From assembly GCF_902652985.1 (NCBI RefSeq), contig NC_047015.1, positions 44,454,001 to 44,518,000 of the forward strand: DNA of 64,000 bases. The letters run 5' to 3'. The translations under genes were made by a program, and so were the position numbers. The notes under the pieces were generated by a model. The model saw only the letters and a program-made list of their open reading frames with translations, was not told the DNA's origin and did not search any database. Shown here one piece after another: positions 53,839 to 64,000 of this stretch. Position 1 is the first letter of the stretch, and the number at the start of each line of letters is the position of its first letter. Source of the DNA: Pecten maximus. Lineage: Eukaryota.

Positions 53839-55899
53839 CGCACAATATTGGTACCACGCAGTTTTTGTTCATCTTGACTAAAGCAGTCTACTGTCTTATG
53901 TTTATATCTATTGACAGAGAGAATCTCAAGTGACATTCGCCTGTAGCAATATGATATTTATGCTCACAGCCCCATAATACTATAAAAAAACAAAAACAAA
54001 AAACAAAAACAAGAAAAAAAAATGTTTACGTTACGGATTGGTCTACAAAATATGTATCAATTCAGACATAAATTGTTATACATTGGTTCCAATATGTGAT
54101 GTATTATGAATACATTGGGAACGCCTTCTTCGTTCAGACTTGATACTGTATTTCCTGTACGCTTCATTGCTAAGGTTCCTTTTTTCGTGGTTTATCTTAA
54201 TAACAGAATTATCTCCTCGTATCGAATTTCACAGTCTAAACCTTTGTTATCACAAAGACTCTCCAGTTATATATTCTGTGTTATATTCTAAATATGTATG
54301 TAATTGGGAGGAAAACATAATTAAACCATAATTGTTTAATTTTAACACCTTCAAAAGCTGACTTAAACAGTTAAATATGGTTGTTTTCACCAATGTTCTG
54401 GTTGACTGATGGTTCATATGGGTGAGGTTTGATTGCGTTGATTTCACTGATATATTTCTACTTGGTCTGTTTGCGTTTGTTTTCTTGAAATTGCCCAAAG
54501 CAGAGAAACACAACTGTGGCTTTACCATCAAAATATAGGGTGAAAGGATTGTTAAAAGGGTCGCCAAGTGAGAAAAAAAATCTGTTCAATGTTCCTGTGA
54601 TCAATGCGTTGAGGCAACGGTCCAGGGGAAACAACTCGTATAAAACTATTGACTTAATTGTTGTTGTTAACACACAAAATAACAATGTTTTTTGTTTTGT
54701 TTTTGTTTGTATCTACTAATATTGTCTTTCAATTGACGACATGTGCAAACAGGACAACTCACCTGTCGATGCGACGTTTTCTTTCAAATCATAACAGAAA
54801 TCCGTAGGTCGATCCAGAATTTGCTTGAAATATATATAGATTGTCAAAAGTGAAAATGAAAGTAAAAAACGCAAGCTATCTAAATCGCGCCTATATATGA
54901 TTGAAATAAAACATAAAATGCACATTAATAATACAAAAAGTATTCTTACATAATATACACCATACCTGGTGACTTATAGTGTTTCCTTTGTGTTAGATTA
55001 TTTTGATATATTCATATGTGACATATGTTTTTGGGGTAAAAATGTTGTTCTTTGATTATTCTATAATCACAATTATCCATATCTTGGTGTGATTACCAAA
55101 AATATGTTTTTTTTTTTACAATATTGTCTAAATAACCTTTTATAATATCCTTTATTACCGAAATGAAACCGTATGACAACAGAACCATTCTCAACAAAAT
55201 ATATCCAGTCATAGATTTATAGTAAAAATAACGCTCGTGATGCTGTCCCAGTAAGAAAGCAAGCACAAAACTAAAATGGATGTCAGTTCGGGAAATAGGA
55301 CACCCTTGCAATTTGTTTAATATTAACATTTTACAAACAGATTTTTTTTATATATTGAGCTGGTCTTTCGGATTATAACAGTTGGAGTTATCTTCATGGG
55401 CACTTCCATAAAAAAGGGTTAATTTAAGAATATATATAATATGGCCTGGTCATGGGTACAGTGGAAAGATTCCACAGTCTCCAGTTAAAGTGGTGATTAA
55501 GTTTCCACAATACCAAGTTTTCGCCATACCTTTTGGTGTTTTAACCTTACCGAACCATGGGACGTTTTCGTTTTTGCGGTCCAAACGGTTTGACCAGTTG
55601 GATCCTTGATGTTCGTTTATGAAATACAGACGACCTCATGATTTTATATTGTTTTTAGACAAGCCATGACAAAGATTTCCAAGGCCTGTATTAACATTTG
55701 CAAGTCTGTCAAGATATGTGTCTGAATTATTACATTTAAAAACGGACGAGTCGGTCTGTCCGCATAAACGAACAGGCCAAAGGAAGTCTGAGAAAGTCAC
55801 GTCCGTCGAACGCTTGACGGAGTGCATTTAAGAAAGCGTATACAGGACATTGATGAAGACGAATCCGAGGTGTTCCGATTAAGTTGTATAAGAAAAATA

Positions 55900-55988
55900 A
55901 TGCTGAACGTTGTCAGCATGAATTCGAAGCTCGTGAGCCGTTTTCGAAGCCTTCGGACCACCAACAAGTTTATTGACAGCATAAACAG
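55900..55988 (+). CDS. UQCC4: Probable coding exon 1 of the UQCC4/CCSMST1-like gene (mitochondrial-presequence-like)
   Basis: Encodes MLNVVSMNSKLVSRFRSLRTTNKFIDSIN(R), rich in Arg/Ser/Lys with one acidic residue; alternative ATG at 55918. Donor AG|GTGCAT is phase 2 and fits the 57031 acceptor. The exon pairing is inferred. Confidence 0.6.
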
Positions 55989-56511
55989 GTGCATATTTGA
56001 TAACTATAATAGATATTGATTTTTTTACCCGCAACACTCAGTTTCGTGTGACCAATTTATTAGAATACACCGATTGTTTTTGCTATTGTACTATATTACA
56101 GTACTTCAGCAACTGCTTAGGCTAGCGGAATAACATTTTACTGTTAAGTCAATAGTGGCATGTACTCCCATACAACGTGAAGGTAGTGTAATTGTACTAC
56201 CGTAATTAGAATAACTTAATAATTATAGTGTTATATCAAGGTCACGAGTACGAAACTGATCATTTGGACATCCATTCATTTGGCAACTGTAACTGAACGT
56301 GCGTCTGTATAATGTCAAAATAGATGTCAAATAGACATGTCCCATCACACCTGAGTTTTGGGGAATCAAATCTCGTTTTGGGGAATCAAAAACACTCAAC
56401 ATACACTCTTGTATTTTTTAAAATACGTATCTGCATCGCATTACCAACATTCAACCCCTCAAACCTACACATAATGTTACAGTTTTGGCCATTTCGGTTT
56501 ACTTGCCTATC

Positions 56512-56575
56512 TAGCCCGTGTTTCCTCTGGCCCTGACACCATGTCCGGTATCGGGGCAAGAGGAAACTCGGGCTA
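56512..56575. mobile_element. 64-bp foldback mini-transposon with TAG...CTA ends and a 9-bp TSD (AcademH-like non-autonomous element)
   Basis: 29-bp arms with 4 mismatches around a 6-nt loop. TTGCCTATC is present at both 56503-56511 and 56576-56584. Confidence 0.85.
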
Positions 56576-57030
56576 TTGCCTATCATGACAAACCACTAGT
56601 ATAAACTTATCCTACTTACATTCCTAATGACATGGCATTTCAACAGTGTAGTTGAAACAAAATGCTGTGTATTCGGAGCAATATAATTTTTGCCCAAATA
56701 GTGTAATCAAAATGGTGTTAAGGAAAACGTGTATTATGATTATAAAGCCTACTGAGTTAGCATGAAAAATAAAGGAGATATTTTAAGACAGAAAAATCAA
56801 TACATCAGAATTTTCATTGCAGCGTAATAATTATTGATAAATATTGATAAGAATGTGCAATGGAATAATATATTTTTTCTGTTTGGCATTTCCAGTGTTC
56901 ATCTTGTTCCTACTAAAATTGTTTAATTGTCACTTTGTTTACTGTTCGCTGCAATGTGAAGGTGTGTAGCGGTCTGTACAGATAAGTGTGAACTCACAAG
57001 ACTATGTAATATTTGATATTATTTTTTCAG

Positions 57031-57388
57031 ACCAAATAAAAGATGTGTGCACAAATGTGTTGTACACTGTCAGGAAGAACAAAAAGAGATCCCAAATGAG
57101 ATGAAAGAGTATTGGAAAAGAAGAGAAAGACTTCTTGCATCAAATCCAGTAAAATATTCCACAGAAAAAGCTTCCAAATGGGACATGAAAACAATGGGAA
57201 CTGTTTCAAAGAAAGTTCCCTTTCATAGGAGTATGAGTGCTATTTTCAGTTTGATAGTGTTGATCATCTATTTGATAAAGCGTGAAGAGAACGACTTGGA
57301 TGAAGGTATTATGAATGAAGGGAAAACTGCAGAAGAATTTCAAGAATACCTCAACAAACTGAAAGAAAAAAAAGAGAGGAAAAGATAA
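57031..57388 (+). CDS. UQCC4: Main coding exon of a UQCC4 (C16orf91/CCSMST1)-like complex III assembly factor
   Basis: Acceptor ttttttcAG. Encodes NPVKYSTEKASKW...VPFHRSMSAIFSLIVLIIYLIKREENDLD, which matches the CCSMST1 pattern as I recall it (P-x-x-[FY]-S-T-x-K-A...W...P, one TM helix, then R-E-E-x-x-x-D). Ends at TAA; AATAAA at 57493-57498. Spliced protein about 148 aa. Confidence 0.78.
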
Positions 57389-58429
57389 TTATTAAGAGCA
57401 CTAAATTATAAGGTTCTGTTTGATACTAGTTGACATTTATTAATAACAACACTATATTTGTGGTGGGTAATTTGATATACATAGTGGATGGAAATAAAAT
57501 AATTAAAATTAATCCTTCGTTCTATTGTAAGTTTACTTTTCTTTTCAACACTGCTAGCCTGAAACAGCTCCATACATAGTTTACCAAAATTTGTTCTGGA
57601 GCATCCTCCAGTAATGTAGAAACGGAGAATCTTACTGCCTGGAAATGATAGGGCTGGATTGCATTTGATGTGCAAAGTGGGAGAAAATAAGAGGTAAAAA
57701 TCACTTTTGTTAATGTATGAATAGAAAATTTCTATCCAATGAATTTAAGATCAGATTCATCTAGGACCAGATGGCATGCCAATGTCGAGCAAGTATACTT
57801 TGAGGTAGAGTATGAAAATTAAATGATTACAACAAAATTTGCCAAGTCGTCATTCTTAAAACTGGGAAATCAACTACCGGGGTAGTATCTAATAGAAAGG
57901 CAATACAAGTTTAAATGTTACTGGTGGGCATAGAAAAGGGAAGTGTTTCCCCTCCCCTGGTTTGGCCCCTAGTTGTGCATATTGAATGTCGACTGTTGAA
58001 GTTTATAATCGCCATGTTCACTAATTGTGAAAGGTTTTTCACAGATCTTTCTCAAATTTCATCTGCAGGTTCCCCTTGATCTCTAGATGTGCATGTAAGA
58101 TGGCGGTTTTGATTTTGTCACTTAAAGTTTGTTATTGCTATTTCTCAGAAAGTCCTTCATGGACATTTCTTGAATTTCATTTTGGTTAAGCTTGTATTGG
58201 AGTTTTTGACCTTATATTATTTCATTGAGACTGCTTGATAGATCTTTCTCAGATTATTATGTAAGTTCGGCTTGTTTTCAAATGATAAAGAAGAAAAAGG
58301 GAAAGACCAGTGTTACAGAGTTTTCCAAAAACTTTATTGAAGTTCAGGTTCCCTAGGGATGTGAAAAGACCACAGGGATTGTTTTTATGTTTAATCCCCA
58401 GCAATTTGTATGTTTTGGGGTATATTGCT

Positions 58430-58960
58430 TAGCTCCAGAGAAGACATTAATATCAATATTGCCAAATAGACCCAACCCTCAGGCTCCTGGAGGAGTTGGT
58501 CCATCATTTGTATAAAATTGAATCCCAATCACCTAGGGATGCTGCCACAGAAATGTAAATGTCATACCTTGCCGAGTTTCAGAAAAGAGTGTTATTAGCA
58601 AGAAATGTACAAGTTGTATCCATTACTTTTTTACAGTGTAGCCACATCCACCAGTCCCCTTTTGGCCAATGGGAAGAGTCCTACAATTTTGAATCCCTAC
58701 CCGATAGGAGTGCTACCAGTCAAATATTAGCCATATCTAATGCTTAGTTTCTTTTGTATCAATTTAGCCAAATCAACGCCTTTTGGCCTTGGAGAGATCA
58801 GTCCCACTATTTGTACAATTTGCACAGGGGAGTCAATAGCACCATTAGTACCAGCTTGAATGTTAACCTCCCAGAGATGCTTATTTAATTCCAATCAGTG
58901 GTTATACACCAGGGTATGGCATAAGCTCACCTTGGTCCTTCAGACCACAGGCTTATAAAT
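58430..58960 (-). mobile_element. Degenerate HINE/pearl-like element
   Basis: Terminus ggcataagctcaccttggtccttcagacc is the reverse complement of a HINE-type 5' end. Diverged internal repeats (atttgtataaaattgaatccc / ctacaattttgaatccc). Boundaries approximate. Confidence 0.5.
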
Positions 58961-59217
58961 GGTAGAGATTTCAAAATCATTGATTGGATATAAGTATATA
59001 TTAAGTGTCAACCATCGATATTCCAGTATTAATTGTAAAGCAGTTTAAATACAAAATCCTTTAAAATAATCATTCTTTTCCCCTGGGTAGTATAGGCCCA
59101 TTTACTACCTGGAACAGGGTGCTGCATCTTCGGCTTGCTGGGCATGTTATACTTGGTGATAGTTTAATCATGAAGATGTTAGCATTATAAGTACTATTTC
59201 TGATAACCGACAACTTA

Positions 59218-60786
59218 AACAAGAGGCCCATGGGTCTCCATGGTTACCAGAGAATTGAAATATTTTGGTTGATCTAACGGACCCTTTTTGGTCCCACCCA
59301 TCAGTGACCAGTCCAAGGGGTCAGTCAGGGCCAACATGTGAATAACATTATGCTGTCGTCCCATGCTGATGTTAAGAAAATTCGAATATTTTCAATAGAA
59401 ATCAAACAAATAGTCAACAAGGGCTCGTTGGAGGGCCACAACATACGCCCGCCACAATATTTGACACTTGGAAGGGGGTAGTTTCACAGGTTGTAATGCT
59501 TTAAAATGAAATATTGTTGGGAAGTTGGAAGGAGATATTGATGCACATAATGGTGTGTAGTTGAAACTGAAGGGCAACTTTAAATGACGAGATGTATATA
59601 TATTGCAAATATGGGAAACCTTGGTTTAGACACAACACAAACATTAGTTCACATGTTTATATACAGAATATATACATTAAAAGAACCTCTTTGCAAAGAA
59701 TCAGCTTCCTAATACCATTATTAAGTGAATGGTGAGCAATTACAAAATCATCAAAGGGGAATAACTCCGCAAATACGGGGGTAAGGGGCATGATTTTGGT
59801 ATGCGACACTCCGGCTCATCAAGATGTGTATTTGTGTCAAGTACGGAGAGTCTGGGTCGAGTAGTATTGGAGTTATGGTCCGAATAAGTAAAATCATCAA
59901 AGGGGAATAACTCCACAAATAAGGGGGTAACTTGGTAAGGGGCATGATTTCGGTATGAGACACTCCGGCTCATCAAGATGTATACCGTATTTGTATAAAG
60001 TATGGAGAGCCAGCTGGGTCTAGTAGTATTGGAGTTATGGTCCGGACACCATATGTGCCCGCCTGCCACCATAACATAATACGTCCAGCCTTTCGACGGG
60101 CGTATAAAAATGTGATTTCCCTTTATAAACTATAGCAGTCACTAGTGTACCCCCTCCCCAAGGGCAGGAAATTCACAATTTAGGTAAAGCATCTCCAGAC
60201 CCTTCCGCCTATGAACTATAATGAAGAGGATTTGGTTCTACGTTGTTTGGGCCTTGAAGAGATTTTTGAAATTTCAGTCAATTAGACCCTTTTTAGCCCC
60301 TGGGGATGGGGGTCAGTCAGGGCCAACATTTGCATATCATCAAACTGTCATCCCAAGCTGATGAATTCCAATACAAATCAAAGTTTATCCAACAAATAAT
60401 AGTCAAAATGTGATTTCCCCAATATAAACTATAGTAAAGTCAACCTCCTTCCCAGGGGCAAACATGAGACCCCAGGGTCATGAATTTCACAATTTTGTTG
60501 AGCACCAAAGAACCTTTCCATAGATCTATAAGGAATGTTTGATTGATCATTCTATCATATCTGATTAGAAGATAGTTTTAGTCAATTTGGCCCTGCCACT
60601 CAGGGGTTGGGGAACAATATAATTCACAATTTTGGTTGACCTTTAACCATAGAAGCTTTCTGTTAAAGTCCATTGAATTTGGTCAAGCAGTTCTGGAAAA
60701 GTTGAAATTGTAAATTGTTTAGATGCACGCAACAGACAAAGGTGATTAGAATGTTACTTGAGACTTTATCTCAGGTAACCCAAAAA
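59218..60786 (-). mobile_element. HINE/pearl-like element (outer), interrupted by a second element
   Basis: Ends AACAAGAGGCCCATGGG (palindromic 3' end) and tctcaggtaacccaaaaa. Internal repeat ggggtcagtcagggccaacat occurs at about 59317 and 60309. Confidence 0.7.
59416..60110 (-). mobile_element. Nested HINE-type element (inner) with two internal ~146-bp repeats
   Basis: Sub-terminal inverted repeat ATACGCCCG (59443-59451) / CGGGCGTAT (60097-60105). Terminal palindrome aacaagggctcgttggagggcc. Repeats starting aaaatcatcaaaggggaataactcc at 59744 and 59890. Splits the host motif atagtcaaaatgtgatttcc. Confidence 0.8.
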
Positions 60787-61586
60787 GGTCTTTCATTGCA
60801 TTTACGAGTTGTAACTGGTACAGCTGAACTTGCTTTTCTATAAAGGCCAAATGAAAAGATATACATCTTGCGACACAATCAGTAAAATACTTGGTTCAGG
60901 AAAACTTCTTGGTAACTAACATTTAAGATTCTAGCCTGCATATTTATAATGCAAATTATCAAGAAAACATGGTAAATAATATCAAAATTACAAAACTTTT
61001 ACAAATTCCAATTTTCTCAAATAGACAATATAAAAACATATATCACTTATTTGGCCTTTAATTACAAACTTAAAACAAAAATTGGTAATAAATATACTAC
61101 ATTTATTTTGTTGACCAAAACGATACAAAAACACTTACAACACAAAAAGTCAATGTCGGATAGTGACCAACAAGATCTTGCATTGCTGCTTTGATTGCCA
61201 AGAACACTTGCAAAATTGAAAATACAATATCTTGTTGGTTACTACATCCTGAAAGTTAAGAGCAAGAATAGATTGTTTAAAAGAATTATCTTCGTTGATC
61301 AACTGTTAAAATCCAATTTTAAAACCAGGAAAGTAAAAACTGCTGCAATTGATGAGATGTTGAACTACACAATTCAATGTTGTGAATTTCTGTCCATGCT
61401 AGAGGTATATTTCATGTTTGTTTTTTCCCAATCCGTTGATCATCCGTTAAACACAAAATAAGTTAGTTGCACATACTCAATATGGTAGACCAACTATTAC
61501 GACTTGCGCATGATCTGTAGAAATTGTCTGATCATTTAGATAAAATTTTCATGAAATGAGTGATGAAATGAAACTGGATGGAGTCT

Positions 61587-61715
<129 letters not shown>

Positions 61716-62285
61716 CTATATTTGGAAAAGGAAAACAGATTCAAATAGTTATTTTATCTGGTTAACAAATACCGGTAACTGAAATATTGGTTGTCATTTT
61801 AATCAAATTAAGCTTGGCCAAGATGAGCCATATATGCATATGCAAAGTAACAATAGTAATTATTCACACTGAATAAAGGTATACATGCAAGCTACAATAT
61901 TTAAGAAACCAGTTCTGTAATTGTCAAAATTGATATCAAAGTACGAGTGGATTGCTTACCAAAATTGCTTAAATGTATTTCTTCAAAATATTTTATTGTC
62001 AACACAACAAGTATAAATTTCCATTGAATATTGTACAAAATTGGTGTTGGCAAAAAGGATTGGACAACAGGCTCAGCCTATATTAGTCCTTTCCTATAAG
62101 TTTCCAGTTTAGTGAACATGAAGTAGGAAAAGTCAATAAATGATATATATAAACAAAGAAAACATATTCTCACTCACTCTCACACTACTATGTACTCATG
62201 ATATATTTTTAAGTTGATTTAACCTTTATATAAACAAATGAGTATATATAGACATAAATATTACTTATAATTTTTAAAGCGTTTA

Positions 62286-62726
<441 letters not shown>

Positions 62727-63491
62727 TCACGATGAAGTCTACAAAACGAGATTAGATTTAAACAAACACTTCTTCACTAGACAAACCAACTGTAAAACTT
62801 CACCGTTCAAAGTTTTATGAAAGATAGTTTATGGTAATCATTTTCAATACCTGTGAAGTGAAACAAAATGTATTAACCGTTTCAACTTTATTCAACTAAA
62901 AGTATCGGTTGTACCCCTCTACATCCCGCCACCCATACCCCATTTTGGCGGGACTACGACTGGATACGAGCATGACGATGAAAAAATATGTTTCAACAAC
63001 TTTGTATGTTTAAGAATGACATGTATGATTTCCGAACATGCAACAATCTACGTGAACGCCGACTTTGCATTAAAATGGTCTATTTTTAACCAAAACAGGA
63101 AGCAGGTCTGAACCGCGCAAATTCTATATTTAGATCTTCCATGAGCTCTTTGTTTTCATTTAATTCTTAACATTTCGATACATTTCTGAACAACACACAC
63201 GACATAATAATAAATACATTTAGGCAAACTTATTAACGACTGATATTTATACATAATTTGATTACTAATGTTGACAAAACCCCATGCGTCTCATTGGCAA
63301 AGTTTCACATTACCGCTTGTACTGACAACAACCAAAATGGCGTATCCCACGCCGAGTTACAACTAGCATCAAAACAAATACCCCAATACAACCTTCAGCC
63401 ATTAGATACACGTTTAGTTATATGATTTCAGTTCAGAAACATCTTTCCGTGTTCTACTAGGGACATACGGGATGGTCACCAATTTTCTTAC

Positions 63492-63720
63492 CTTCTTCAC
63501 TGACGACGATTTACAATTTGCCGCACAAATTTTCGCTACGAATTGTGGATATGAATACAAAATGAGTTCACACGAAACGTCATTTTGGATTGGGGTTTCT
63601 GATTGGTTCATTGCTCAGAAAGACCACGGTAACTATTGGTCGTCAGTTCTTAGTTATCATTGGCTGTTAAGAACCAGTATACAAGTAGTGATTAGTCAAT
63701 TTTGAGAACATTTCATTGGT
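63492..63720 (-). promoter_or_regulatory. Probable non-coding exon 1 and CCAAT-box promoter of H3.3
   Basis: Donor AAG|GTAAG at 63491-63487. CCAAT on the minus strand at 63589, 63602, 63635, 63659 and 63715. YY1-like AAAATGGCG at 63334 in intron 1. The transcription start cannot be placed from sequence. Confidence 0.6.
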
Positions 63721-64000
63721 TAAACTTTCAATCCTACCTAGGACGGTTTTCGAGCAGAAAAATAGAACATGGCTCTGCAAAATGATACACTGCGCTTTAT
63801 ACTTTATATCAATCATATACATGCTAAACAAGTATTATTTATACTTTTCTTTTAATTCGACAAATTATACATATTTTATTTTTAGTCTATGATATATATA
63901 TTAGATCTAGACTATATATATATTGAAATGCCAGTAACGAATATATTAAAGAAACATTTCTTCAGAGACAGCTTTCCCACAACTTACATGTACGAACTTA

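Noticed and set aside
55440-55720. Possible transposase fragment between the 21-bp inverted repeats
   Set aside because: Manual translation of the minus-strand frames shows no THAP or DDE motif, and the 9-bp TSD defines the right-hand element as only 64 bp.

Overview
AT-rich, intron-containing animal DNA. The SINE and Helentron-type repeats suggest a bivalve mollusc, possibly a scallop (inference). Three spliced genes can be rebuilt by hand with consistent GT-AG junctions and reading phases. (1) A 229-aa protein with two transmembrane helices and a His/Ser-rich tail (+ strand, 4 coding exons, 4811-31273, first coding intron about 21 kb). (2) A probable UQCC4/C16orf91/CCSMST1 orthologue (+ strand, 2 exons, 55900-57388). 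(3) Histone H3.3 (- strand, coding exons 62720-62439 and 61715-61587, with a probable non-coding first exon and clustered CCAAT boxes). About 18 kb (roughly 28%) is made of a dozen unrelated minisatellite arrays with 24-73 bp units; these produce almost all the long ORFs in the ORF track. Mobile DNA includes tRNA-derived SINEs of two types that share one 3' tail, a gag-less degenerate Ty3/Gypsy element with short LTRs sitting inside a satellite, Helentron-type non-autonomous elements (one nested in another), several MITEs, and a 64-bp foldback element with a perfect 9-bp target-site duplication. There is one 204-N assembly gap. I found no prokaryote-type system such as CRISPR or an operon, and nothing I can call a new biological system with confidence. 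The best leads are the His-rich two-TM protein, the 64-bp element, a MITE carrying a CTCF-like motif, and the E-box satellite inside the intron.
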